Source: an uncultured Actinomycetes bacterium
Lineage (GTDB): Bacteria; Actinomycetota; Thermoleophilia; Gaiellales; JAICJC01
NCBI GenBank assembly: GCA_963797565.1
Contig: CAWCPM010000005.1
Coordinates: 164,256-228,255, forward strand
DNA length: 64,000 nt
Reading direction: 5' to 3'
The notes under the pieces were generated by a model, which was given only the letters and a program-made list of their open reading frames with translations, was not told where the DNA came from and searched no databases. Shown here piece by piece: positions 8,851 to 18,521 of the stretch. The position numbers were made by a program, and so were the translations under genes. Positions within the stretch are counted from its first letter, which is position 1. Every line of letters starts with the position of its first letter.

Positions 8851-10051
8851 CGCGTGAACGCGGCGTGAAGCTTGTGGAGGGCCGCCAGCACGTCGTCGAC
8901 GTCCTGCTCCGTGTGCGCCCCACCCAACGGCAGCGATAGCACCGTCTCGCCCGCCGCCTCCGTGGCCGGCAGCGACGCCGCAGCCAGGTTTTCCCGGTAC
9001 CACGTCAGCGTGTGCACCGGCAGGAAGTGCAGCCCGGTCGCGATGTTCTCGGCCGTGAGCGCCGTCGCGTAGCGGTCGCGGTCCCCGCCCGCCGCGATCC
9101 GGGTCGATCCGCACCACGTACAGGTGGTGCGCGTGCCGCCCGAAGCGGCGAGCGCCCGATCGGCTCGATCCCGGCCAGCCCCTCCAGCCCGCGGTCATAC
9201 CGCTCCACCAGCGCCGTCCTGCGCCGGTGCATGTCGTCCAGCCGGTCGAACTTGGGCAGCGCCACCGCCGCCTGCAGGTCCGCCAGGTTCGCCTTGAACC
9301 CGGGCACCGTGACGTCGTAGTGCCCGAGGCTGCGCGACAGCTGCCGTCGCCACGGATCGCGCGTGATGCCCTGCGACCGCAGCAGCCGCAGCTGCTCCGC
9401 CGCCTCGGCAGACCTGGTCGTGACCACTCCGCCCTCGCCTCCCGCCAGGCTCTTCGTCGCGTACAGCGAGAAGCACGTGAAGTCCCCGATCGATCCCACC
9501 TTGCGGTCGCCCACGGTTGCCTCGACCGCGTGCGCCGCATCCTCGATCACCAGCAGCGAGTGCTCGCGCGCGATCGCGCACAGCGCGTCCATGTCGCACG
9601 GCCCGCCCGCGAAGTGCACCGGCAGCACCGCCCGCGTGCGCGGCCCGACCAGCGCCCGCACCGCGTCCGGGTCGATGTTCAGCGTGTCCGCGTCCACGTC
9701 GGCGAACACGGGCGTCGCCCCCGCGTGCAGCACCGCGTTCGTCGTCGCCGGCCAGGTGAACGAGGTCGTGATCACCTCATCGCCCTCGCCCAGCCCCGCC
9801 GCCACCATCGCCAGGTGCAGCGCCGCCGTGCACGACGACGTCGCGATCGCATGGCCCGTTCCCACCCGCGCCGCGAACCGCTCCTCCAGCTCCTGCGTCC
9901 GCGGCCCGCTGGTCAGCCAGCCCGACCGCAGCGTCTCGATCACAGACGCGATCTCCTCGTCACCCAGCATCGGCGGCGAGAACGACAGCATGCTGTCGCG
10001 CACGGGCGTGCCGCCGTCGATGGCCAGGGTTGCGGGTATGGCGCTGCTCAT
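8847..10051 (-). CDS. DegT/DnrJ/EryC1/StrS family PLP-dependent sugar aminotransferase (two apparent +1 frameshifts near 9145 and 9093)
   Basis: SGWLTSGP, ATSSCTAALHL, EDAAHA, FSLYATKSLAGGEGG. Removing two bases restores ...HAHHLYVVRI...GLHFLPVH...SLPL; span 1205 nt = 401 codons + 2. Confidence 0.85.
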
Positions 10052-11148
10052 GCGACCTCGAATCGAACCGCCTCGACCGCCGTTCGCGCTCGTTGGAGCG
10101 CCTCCTGCCGCGTCGCCCCCTGCGCGATCACGTATCCGGCCCGGTCGGTGGCGGTGCGCAGGGGGCCGTACCGGTGCCCGGCGGCATGATAGAAGCTGAC
10201 CTCCGCCGGTCCGCCGGTCGATACCAGTTCGCCCTCCGGCGCGCGCAGGAACTCGATCACGCACGCGCCCTGCGGCCGCGGCTCCACCTCCGCCGCCGCG
10301 ACGGTCTGGCCGACCGCGACCCGCACCGCCGCGCCGGCCAGATCGACCCCGGCCGCCCGCCGGCAGATCTCGCTGTCATGCCCGCCTCCCAGCCGCGCGG
10401 CCACCTCCATGATCCGCGGCCCCTGCGGCGACAGGATCAGCTGCGTGTAGCTGGGCCCGTCTGTGATCCCAAGCGCCGTCACCGCCGCCTCCGCCGCCGC
10501 CGACGCACCTGCGTCGTCCAGCCCGCTCGGGTACACGTGCCGCTGCGCCACGCCGGGCACACCGGCGAAGTGCTCCCGAGCCGCCACCGCCACCGGCACG
10601 AACCGCCCCCCGACCGAGAAGCCGTTCACCGTCACCTCCGGCCCCTCCACGAACGACTCGAACAGCACCCGGCCGCTGCGCGACCCGCGCCGCGCCGTCA
10701 GCTCCGCCTGCCCTGCCTCGTCCGCATTCGCGACGATCGACATCGCGCGCTGTCCCTGCCGGTCGGGCGCCTTGACGACGCACGGGTACGCCGGTGGTGC
10801 CTCCACCGACCACTCCGGCTGCGGCACGCCCGCACCGTCGAACGCCTCCCGCTGCAACACCTTGTTCGTGGACAGCACCGCGGTCGCCACCGACAGCGGG
10901 TGGGTGAGGCCGAGGTCCTCGGCCACGTAGGCCGCGATCCGCACCGGCCAGTCGGTGCCGGGCGCGATCAGCCCGACCGCACCGTGCTCGACCGCCGCCC
11001 GCCGGACGCCGGCCGAGTCCTCGCTCGAGACCTCGACGTCACCAACCCCCGGCTGGCTGTCGCACACCACCGTCGGGATCCCCACGGCGGCGGCCGCCTC
11101 GATCGCCTGCCGCTGCGCCGGAGCGCCGCCGAGGACGATCAGCGTCAC
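10048..11148 (-). CDS. ATP-grasp domain ligase
   Basis: TNKVLQR, YPCVVKAPDRQGQRAM, FESFVEGPEVTVNG, IMEVAARLGGG. GTGA overlap with the upstream stop. Confidence 0.8.
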   Translation of the reverse strand: MTLIVLGGAPAQRQAIEAAAAVGIPTVVCDSQPGVGDVEVSSEDSAGVRRAAVEHGAVGLIAPGTDWPVRIAAYVAEDLGLTHPLSVATAVLSTNKVLQREAFDGAGVPQPEWSVEAPPAYPCVVKAPDRQGQRAMSIVANADEAGQAELTARRGSRSGRVLFESFVEGPEVTVNGFSVGGRFVPVAVAAREHFAGVPGVAQRHVYPSGLDDAGASAAAEAAVTALGITDGPSYTQLILSPQGPRIMEVAARLGGGHDSEICRRAAGVDLAGAAVRVAVGQTVAAAEVEPRPQGACVIEFLRAPEGELVSTGGPAEVSFYHAAGHRYGPLRTATDRAGYVIAQGATRQEALQRARTAVEAVRFEVA

Positions 11149-12140
11149 ACGGTCTGGGCCGTCTGCTCGGCCGCCAGCACCTTCTGCCACCACTCGGGGT
11201 GGTTCCGGTACCAGGCGATCGTGCGCTCCAGCCCGTCAGCGAACGCGATCTTGGACGTCCAGCCCAGCAGCTGCTCGGCCCTGTCCGTCGATCCGATGTG
11301 GCGGTCGACCTGGCCCGGCCGATCGTCGATGTTGGCCTTGAGGGCGGCCGGCTTGCCGAGCAGCTCCAGGATCATGTCCGCGATCTGCTCGACCGACTCG
11401 TCCACTCCGGTGGCGACGTTGATCGTCTCGCCCTTGATCTGCTCCAGCGGCACCTCGCAGGCCTGCGTGATCGCCTCGGCCGTGTCGAACACGTGCAGCC
11501 AGTCGCGGCTGGCGCGGCCGTTGCCGTGGATCGTCAGCGGCTGATCGGTCAGCGCCTGGATGATGAAGCGCGGGATCACCTTCTCCGGATGCTGGTAGGG
11601 CCCGTAGTTGTTGAACGGCCGGATCACGGTGATCGGCAGGTCGTACGTGCACCAGTACGAGTAGGCCAGGCGGTCGCCGCCGGCCTTGGTGCCCGCGTAG
11701 GGCGAGCGCGGGTTGAGCGGGTGATCCTCCGACATCGGGTCGCTCTCCGCCGTGCCGTACACCTCGGACGACGAGATCAGGATGAACCGCTCCACGGGGC
11801 GCTCCCGGATAGCGTCCAGCAGCACCTGCGTGCCCACCACGTTGGTGGTCACGAACTCGGCGCCGCCCTGCTCGATCGACTTGGACACGTGCGACTCCGC
11901 CGCCGCGTTCACGATCACGTCCACGCCGTCCAGCGCCTCGGCCACGTCCTGAATGTCGCGGATGTCGCCCCGGATGAACCGCAGGCGGTCGTGCGAGATC
12001 ACGTCGTCGAGGTTCTCGAGGTTCCCGGCGTAGGTGAGGGCATCCATCGTCACCACCTGGTGCTCGGTGTGTTCCAGCAGGTAGCGGATCATGTTGCTGG
12101 AGATGAACCCGGCGCCGCCGGTCACGAGGATGCGCTTCAT
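11145..12140 (-). CDS. NDP-glucose 4,6-dehydratase (RmlB-like SDR)
   Basis: GGAGFI Rossmann motif, AAESHV, SSSEVYG, YAGTK (YxxxK), NNYGPYQHPEKVIP. Confidence 0.85.
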   Translation of the reverse strand: MKRILVTGGAGFISSNMIRYLLEHTEHQVVTMDALTYAGNLENLDDVISHDRLRFIRGDIRDIQDVAEALDGVDVIVNAAAESHVSKSIEQGGAEFVTTNVVGTQVLLDAIRERPVERFILISSSEVYGTAESDPMSEDHPLNPRSPYAGTKAGGDRLAYSYWCTYDLPITVIRPFNNYGPYQHPEKVIPRFIIQALTDQPLTIHGNGRASRDWLHVFDTAEAITQACEVPLEQIKGETINVATGVDESVEQIADMILELLGKPAALKANIDDRPGQVDRHIGSTDRAEQLLGWTSKIAFADGLERTIAWYRNHPEWWQKVLAAEQTAQTV

Positions 12141-12144
12141 GTGC

Positions 12145-13110
12145 CTACCCAAGTTCGCGATCGATGTAGTAGATGGGCCGTTGCTCGACGTCGCGCTGGA
12201 TGCGGCCGAGGTACTCCCCCAGCACGGCCATCAGAAACCCCTGCAGCCCCAGGACGAACAACACCAGCCCGCCCAGGAACAGCGGGCCCGGAAAGTCTCC
12301 GTGACGGATCCAGAACACGGTGCCCCAGAGCGCCACGATCGACGCCATCAGGATACCTCCGATCGCCAGGACGGCCCCCACCCACTGCACCATCTGGGCC
12401 CAGAAGCCGGTCAGGACGTGCAGCGCCAACTTGATCAGCTTGATCATGCCGTAGCGGCTCTGGTCGTCACGTGCAGCGTGCTGCAGGTCGACCTCCGTCA
12501 CCGACGCGCCGGTCGTGCAGACCAGTGCCTTGGTGAACTTCTGGCGGCCGATCCTGTGCATCACCGGCTCGATCGCGTCGCGCCGGTAGGCGTTGAAGGC
12601 GCAGCCGAAGTCGGAGATGGGGGCGCCGGTCAGCCGCGCCAGCAGCCCGTTGATGACGCGGGACGGCACCCGTCGCAGGAAGAAGCCGTCCTGCCGCAGC
12701 ACCCGCCGGCCGCTGGCCACGTCGGCGCCGGCATGGATCGCGGCCACCAGCTTGGGGATGTCGCTGGGCTGGTTCTGGAGGTCGCCGTCCATCGTCACCA
12801 CGATCCGCCCGCGAGCCCGTGCGATGCCGGCGTGCATGGCCGGGTGCTGCCCGAAGTTGCGCTTGAACGAGACCACCCGCACCCGCGGGTCGCGCTCGTG
12901 CAGCTCCTCCAGCAGCGCCATCGTGCCGTCGGTCGACCCGTCGTCGATGAAGATCACCTCGGCCGCGATGCGGGAGTCGTCCAGCGTCTGGTCGATCCCC
13001 TCCCACAGCCTGGTCACGGTCGCCTGCTCGTTCAGGAGCGGGATCACGATCGTCACCTCGGGGGCATGCAGCCGGCTCTCGACCGTCTGCGGGGCGGCTT
13101 CGGTGGCCAT
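12145..13110 (-). CDS. GT2 polyprenol-phosphate glycosyltransferase (ArnC/GtrB-like)
   Basis: VIPLLNE, DDGSTD, RNFGQ, TMDGDLQN, two C-terminal TM helices. TACGCT -10 6 nt before ATG 13110. Confidence 0.9.
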   Translation of the reverse strand: MATEAAPQTVESRLHAPEVTIVIPLLNEQATVTRLWEGIDQTLDDSRIAAEVIFIDDGSTDGTMALLEELHERDPRVRVVSFKRNFGQHPAMHAGIARARGRIVVTMDGDLQNQPSDIPKLVAAIHAGADVASGRRVLRQDGFFLRRVPSRVINGLLARLTGAPISDFGCAFNAYRRDAIEPVMHRIGRQKFTKALVCTTGASVTEVDLQHAARDDQSRYGMIKLIKLALHVLTGFWAQMVQWVGAVLAIGGILMASIVALWGTVFWIRHGDFPGPLFLGGLVLFVLGLQGFLMAVLGEYLGRIQRDVEQRPIYYIDRELG

Positions 13111-13190
13111 GGCGAAAGCGTACCGGTTCGTGCGGATCGGGACGTGCGCCTGCGCGCTGCGGGCCGGTCCCGGCGTCATAATGCCGCCCG

Positions 13191-14816
13191 ATGCGCGCCT
13201 TCCTGACCGCCCGCTGGGCTCCGCTCACGGCGGTGATCGCAACCGTGGCCTACGCCGTCACCGTGATCGGTTTCGGGCTCAACTACCGGCCGTTGCACAA
13301 CGACGAGGGCGTGACGCTGTCGGTGGCCTCGCGGCCATCGGCACGCGACGTGCTGGATGTCGCCATCGACGACCGCCACGGCCCGCCGCTGCATTACCTG
13401 GCCGTGCACGCATCGCTGGTGCTGCGCGACGACATGCTGGGGCTGCGCCTGCCCTCCGCGCTGTTCGGCATCCTCGCCATCGCGCTGGCCTACGGCTTCG
13501 GTCGCGAGCTGCTGGGCCGATCCGGCGGCGCCGTGCTGGCCGTGCTGGTCGCGACCATCCCGGAGGTCGTGCACCTCGCCCAGTTCGCGCGCGGGTACAC
13601 CGCCATGCTGGCCGCCTCCTTCGGCAGCATGTGGCTGCTGCTATTGCTCGTGCGCACGCGCCGCGCCCGCTACGTCGCGCCCTACGCCGTGTCGGCGCTG
13701 CTGCTGGTGGCCGCGCACCCCTTCGGCCTGTTCGCCCTGGCGTCGGAGATGGTGCTGCTGGTGCTGCTGGGCCTGGCGCCGCTGCGGCACGGCTGGCGCT
13801 CGCAGCGGCGCAACGTGATCGTGCTGAGCCTGGCTCTGGGAACGGGGCTGCTGGCGATGCTGCTGCTGTGGCGTGTGTACTCGCAGCTGCAGCCCAAGTA
13901 CGGCGTCGGTCAGGGCGGGGCGGTGGTCGACCTCGGGTCGTCGGAGTTCTGGCGCCGGATCGGAGACGCCTGGACGGGTTCCTCCTACGTCATCGTGTGG
14001 TTGGGGCTGGCCGCTGCCGCGCTGGCCGGGCTCGTGATGCTGGCCATGCGCGACCGTCGCGCCGCGCTGATCCTGGCCGTCTGGCTGGTGCAGCCGGTGG
14101 TGCTGTTGTCGATCCTGACAGCGACCTCCCCCGACTTCGCGCCGGAGCGGCATCTGTCGTTCATGATCCCCGCCTACGTCGCCGCACTGGCCACCTTCCT
14201 GGTCGAGGTGGGGCGCCGGGCAGGCCGCTACGGACCGTGGCTGGCGGCGTTGCTGACGCTGGCCGCGATCACGCCGGGTGTGATCGCGCTCAGCCGCGAC
14301 GTCGGAAACTTCACCCCCGACCTGCGGCACGCAAGCCTCTACCTGAGCAGCCAGTTCGGCAGCGACGACGTGCTGCTCTCGACCGGCGGCGTGCCGGAGC
14401 CGGGGGTCGATGCCCGGCTCTACGGTGCCTACGCGGCCCTGGACGCTTCCGACAGCGACTCGCTGTCGCGGTGGCGCGACCTCGGCCAGGACACCGGTTG
14501 CGACCTGGTCGAGCGCCTCGGCGACCAGCCGACTCCGGTCGCGGCCTGGGTGCTCTTGCGGTCGTCGGACCCGGCCTCGCTGGCGACCGGCCTGCGGGTG
14601 AAGGGCTTCGATCACGTGGAGGAGTTCGGCCCGTTCGTGGTGGCCAGGCGACCGCTGCGGCACCAGACCACGGTGGCCGCGCTGTCGGCCGGGATCCGTG
14701 CCTACCGGGTGGCCGCGCAGCTGACCCCGGGCACGCCCGACTTCGGGCACCTGGCCGGCGTGTATCGCTCCGCCCGCAGGGACGCCCGGCACCCGGAGCT
14801 GTGCTCGACGGCCTAG
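13191..14816 (+). CDS. GT-C fold membrane glycosyltransferase (ArnT/PMT-like, GT39/83 type)
   Basis: LHNDE motif after TM1, HGPPLHY, LRLPSALFG, ARGYT, many TM helices. Confidence 0.75.
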   Translation: MRAFLTARWAPLTAVIATVAYAVTVIGFGLNYRPLHNDEGVTLSVASRPSARDVLDVAIDDRHGPPLHYLAVHASLVLRDDMLGLRLPSALFGILAIALAYGFGRELLGRSGGAVLAVLVATIPEVVHLAQFARGYTAMLAASFGSMWLLLLLVRTRRARYVAPYAVSALLLVAAHPFGLFALASEMVLLVLLGLAPLRHGWRSQRRNVIVLSLALGTGLLAMLLLWRVYSQLQPKYGVGQGGAVVDLGSSEFWRRIGDAWTGSSYVIVWLGLAAAALAGLVMLAMRDRRAALILAVWLVQPVVLLSILTATSPDFAPERHLSFMIPAYVAALATFLVEVGRRAGRYGPWLAALLTLAAITPGVIALSRDVGNFTPDLRHASLYLSSQFGSDDVLLSTGGVPEPGVDARLYGAYAALDASDSDSLSRWRDLGQDTGCDLVERLGDQPTPVAAWVLLRSSDPASLATGLRVKGFDHVEEFGPFVVARRPLRHQTTVAALSAGIRAYRVAAQLTPGTPDFGHLAGVYRSARRDARHPELCSTA

Positions 14817-16273
14817 CCGAGCGCCTCGCGGGCGCGGTCGGAGAGCACGCCGAAGTCGATGTTCTGGCCGGTCACCTCACGCAGCAGCGCGTCGGCGTTC
14901 AGCGACTGGCCCAGCTCCCACAGCTCCCTCACCAGCGAGCCCGCCTCGCGCTGGGCGAACCAGGTCTGGCCGTAGCGCTCGCGCAGCCAATCGGACAGCT
15001 GCGCCTCGAACGCCCAGGCCCGCAGGTAGCACGTGCAGTAGAACCCGCCGTCCACGTCCTCGAGGAAGTCCGACTCGGGATAGCGGACGCCGACGGCGCT
15101 CGACAGCAGCTGCGCGTAGCGGCCGGGCAGGGACTCAAGCGGCGCCCCTGAGTGCAGCTCCAGCTCGTACGACAGCTTCGCGCAGTACCGGCGCAGGAAG
15201 AACAGCGTGACGAAGGCCGAGAAGCGCACGAACTGGTCGCTTCGGGGCATGTCCAGCCGCGCGGCCAGCCAGCGTGCGTCACCCGTCAGGTGCTCCAGCA
15301 GGAAGGCGAACCCCTCGGTGACCGCGTTGTCGCCCAGCACCCGTTCCTCGGCAGGCAACGTGCGGCGCGCGTGCGCGAAGTGCTCCGTGTGCCCGGCCTC
15401 GTGGAACAGCGCGGCGTAGTCCTCCTGGCCGCCCTGCGGCAGCACCACCAGCACCACCCGGTCGGGCACCCGGATCGGCGCGCAGAAGGCGCGGGGTACC
15501 TTGCCCGGCCGCGCCTCCACGTCCAGCTCCACGTTGGGCTGGCGGTCGAGGTCGATGCCGAGCCCGGCCAGCGTCTCGCGCAGCGCCGGCAGCGCGCGCT
15601 CACCCGGGAAGCCGGCGTCGAACTCGGGCGCGCGCATCAGCCGCGACAGGTCGGACGGGCCCGCCTCGTCGAGCGACACGCCCAGCCGGCTGCGCAGCTG
15701 GCGGTCGAGCTCGTCCGTATACCGCGACTCCGTGTCCGCCAGGAACGCCTCGGTGCGCGCGGCCAGCCCGGCCGGGTCGAACCCGAGCCGCTCGTACAGC
15801 GACAGCACCGTGGGCGCGCCCAGCTCGGCCGCCAGCACCCGTTCGCGCTCCGCGAGCTCGGCCAGCACCGGGTTCAGGTGGCGCTCGGTGACCTCGCATC
15901 GGCTCCGGTACAGCTCTCGCCGGCGTGCCGCGTCCGGCTCGTTCAGGAGCAGCGGGCGGACCTGCCGGTAGGGCACCTGCCCCCCGTCGAACGGCACCGT
16001 CAGGCTGGCCTCGAGGTTGGCCGCCTGGTCGGTCAGCTGCTTGGTGCCGTCACCCACGTAGGCCTCGGCCGCGAACCGCTGCAGCTCGGTGGGGGCGTCC
16101 ATCGCGGCCAGCTCCAGCGCGCTCTCCAGCGAGGTGAGGTGGGCGTAGTGGTCGTACACCCGGGTCATCTCCATGGTCGGCTTGAGGCCGGCGCTGTGGT
16201 TGTAGTACTCGGTCAGCGCCTCCGCCGTCATGTCCTCCAGGTCGTCGCGGTAGGAGACGAGGTCGAGGGCCAC
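14813..16273 (-). CDS. Zinc metallopeptidase, M3-like (gluzincin)
   Basis: FHEAGH (HExxH) followed by a third-ligand Glu in VTEGFAFLLE; RAFCAPI motif. TAGTGT -10 6 nt before GTG. Confidence 0.7.
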   Translation of the reverse strand: MALDLVSYRDDLEDMTAEALTEYYNHSAGLKPTMEMTRVYDHYAHLTSLESALELAAMDAPTELQRFAAEAYVGDGTKQLTDQAANLEASLTVPFDGGQVPYRQVRPLLLNEPDAARRRELYRSRCEVTERHLNPVLAELAERERVLAAELGAPTVLSLYERLGFDPAGLAARTEAFLADTESRYTDELDRQLRSRLGVSLDEAGPSDLSRLMRAPEFDAGFPGERALPALRETLAGLGIDLDRQPNVELDVEARPGKVPRAFCAPIRVPDRVVLVVLPQGGQEDYAALFHEAGHTEHFAHARRTLPAEERVLGDNAVTEGFAFLLEHLTGDARWLAARLDMPRSDQFVRFSAFVTLFFLRRYCAKLSYELELHSGAPLESLPGRYAQLLSSAVGVRYPESDFLEDVDGGFYCTCYLRAWAFEAQLSDWLRERYGQTWFAQREAGSLVRELWELGQSLNADALLREVTGQNIDFGVLSDRAREALG

Positions 16274-16296
16274 GCTCGTACACTACCGGGGAGGCC

Positions 16297-17670
16297 ATGC
16301 CCGCACTCGTCCGAGACCAGGAGCTGGAGCTTGTGATCGACAGCCTCGCCTACGGCGGCCGCGGCGTTGCCCGTCACGGCGAGCTGGTCGTGTTCGTTGC
16401 CCGCGCGCTGCCCGGCGACAGGGTGCGGGCCAGGGTCACGAAGTTCAAGCGGCGCTACGCCGAGGCGCGCACCGTCGAGCTGCTGGAGGCGGGGCCGGGG
16501 CGCGTCACCCCCCGCTGCGAGCACTTCGGCGTATGCGGCGGCTGCACCTGGCAGGACCTGGACTACGCCGAGCAGCTGCGCCATAAGCAGGCGCAGGTAT
16601 CCGACGCCCTGGAGCGGCTGGGCCGGCTGGAGGGTTACCACCTGGCGCCGATCGAGCCTGCCCGCCAGATCTGGGGCTACCGCAACAAGTTCGAGTACTC
16701 GTGGTCGCAGCCGGCCGACGGCGCGGCGCTGGGGTTCCACGTCGCCGGTCGCTGGGACCGGCTGATGGCTGTGAACACCTGTCACATCGCATCGCCGGTC
16801 TCGAACGAGCTGCGCCGTGCGTTCGAGCGGTGGGCGCGCGAGCAGGGCCTGCAGGCGTACGACCAGCGCACCGGCGCCGGCTTCCTGCGCCACCTGGTGG
16901 TGCGCGAGGGCCGCAACACCGGCCAGCTGCTGGCGATGCTCGTAACCGCGCCCGGCCCGGTGCCGGCGGTCGACCACCTGCAGCGACTGCTGCCGGAGGG
17001 CGTCGTGGGGGTGGTGCACGCGGTCAACGACGGCGTGGCCGAGGTCACGGCCGGGCTGGCGCAGACCACGCTGTTCGGAGCCGACGAGTTCGAGGAGCGG
17101 ATCGGCGGGCTGACGCTGAGCCTGTCGGCCGGCGCGTTCATGCAGACCAACAGTGAGATGTCGCAGGTGCTGTACAGGCATGCCATCGAGCAGGCGCGGC
17201 TGCGCCCAAGCGACGTCGCCTGGGACCTTTACTGCGGTGCCGGCGCGATCGGCCTGCTGGCGGCGCCGTACGTCGACCGGGTGATCGGCGTCGAGATCTC
17301 GTCGGAGTCCGTCGCCCGCGCCCGTGAGAACGCGGCCCGAAACGCCGTCGCCAACGCCGAGTTCGTGGAGGGCGACGTCGCCAAGCAGCTGCGGCCGCTG
17401 CTCGAGCGGGTGCCCCGGCCCAGCGTCGTGTTCGTCGACCCGCCTCGGGCCGGCCTCACGCCCCGGGCCGTGCGGCGCGTGCTGGAGCTGGCGCCGGAGC
17501 GGATCAGCTACGTCTCGTGCAACCCCACCACACTGGCGCCGAACGCACGCCAGCTCGTGGATGGCGGCTACCGGCTGGAGCGGGTGCAGCCGGTGGACAT
17601 GTTCCCCCACACGCACCACATCGAATGCGTCGCGCAGCTCACCCGGCAGGCGCCGGACGCGGCCGCCTGA
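16297..17670 (+). CDS. rlmD: 23S rRNA (uracil-C5)-methyltransferase with TRAM domain
   Basis: TRAM N-terminus, CEHFGVCGGC Fe-S motif, YRNK, DLYCGAG, DPPRAG, YVSCNP, DMFPHTHHIE. Confidence 0.9.
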   Translation: MPALVRDQELELVIDSLAYGGRGVARHGELVVFVARALPGDRVRARVTKFKRRYAEARTVELLEAGPGRVTPRCEHFGVCGGCTWQDLDYAEQLRHKQAQVSDALERLGRLEGYHLAPIEPARQIWGYRNKFEYSWSQPADGAALGFHVAGRWDRLMAVNTCHIASPVSNELRRAFERWAREQGLQAYDQRTGAGFLRHLVVREGRNTGQLLAMLVTAPGPVPAVDHLQRLLPEGVVGVVHAVNDGVAEVTAGLAQTTLFGADEFEERIGGLTLSLSAGAFMQTNSEMSQVLYRHAIEQARLRPSDVAWDLYCGAGAIGLLAAPYVDRVIGVEISSESVARARENAARNAVANAEFVEGDVAKQLRPLLERVPRPSVVFVDPPRAGLTPRAVRRVLELAPERISYVSCNPTTLAPNARQLVDGGYRLERVQPVDMFPHTHHIECVAQLTRQAPDAAA

Positions 17671-18514
17671 CGGCCCGCACGCCGTGCAGGATCTCGGCCA
17701 GCTGGGCGACGCCCTCCGCGATCCGCGGTGCCGGGCGCGAGAAGTAGGCGTTCGCGTCCACGCACACCGACGGTGCCGGCAGCTCGATCCCGGCCGCCTC
17801 GGCCTCGGCGCGGACGCGGTCAAAGCCGCAGGGCGCAACCACGATCAGCTCCGGCTGCTCAGCGGCAACGGCGTCCCACGTGGTCGCGTATGACGGGCGC
17901 CCGGCCGTGCCCAGCACGTCCTCGCCGCCCGCCAGGTCGACCATCTCCGGCACCCAGTGCCCGGCGGCGAATGGCGGGTCGAGCCATTCGGCCACGAACA
18001 CCCGCCGCACCGGCCGGCCGGCGACGGCGTCCATCGCCGCGATGATCGTCCGTCGCATGCGGGCGACCACGTCGGCACCGCGCTCGCAGGTGCCCGCCCG
18101 GCACGTGTCCAGGCGATCGGCCAGCAACCGCACGCTGGCCTCGACCTCGCCGATCGTGTGTGGGTCGAGCGAGACCACCTCGGCCGCCACGGTGCGCAGC
18201 TGCGACACCTCGTCGCTCGACACCGCGCACACACGGCACAGGTCCTGGGTGATGATCAGGTCGGGCTCGAGCTCGGCCAGCACCTGCTCGTCGATCGCAT
18301 ACAGCGAGCGGCCCTCGAGCAGCGCCGCTCGCACGGCCGCGTCGATCTCCGCGCTCCGCAGCTGCTCGGTGTCCACCCTGGCCGCGGTCACCACCGGCAA
18401 CGTGCACACCTGCGGCGGCCAGTCGCACTCGGCGGAGCGGCCGACCAGCAGGTCGTCCATGCCCAGGTCGGCCACGATCTCGGTCGCGCTGGGAAGCAGC
18501 GAGACGATGCGCAT
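17639..18514 (-). CDS. Cobalamin/Fe-siderophore-binding (BtuF-like) protein
   Basis: MRIVSLLPSATEI, ECDWP, PDLIITQDLCRVCA, EWLDPPFAAGHWVPEM, FSRPAPR. Confidence 0.8.
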   Translation of the reverse strand: MRIVSLLPSATEIVADLGMDDLLVGRSAECDWPPQVCTLPVVTAARVDTEQLRSAEIDAAVRAALLEGRSLYAIDEQVLAELEPDLIITQDLCRVCAVSSDEVSQLRTVAAEVVSLDPHTIGEVEASVRLLADRLDTCRAGTCERGADVVARMRRTIIAAMDAVAGRPVRRVFVAEWLDPPFAAGHWVPEMVDLAGGEDVLGTAGRPSYATTWDAVAAEQPELIVVAPCGFDRVRAEAEAAGIELPAPSVCVDANAYFSRPAPRIAEGVAQLAEILHGVRAVRRPRPAPAG

Positions 18515-18521
18515 GGTCGAA

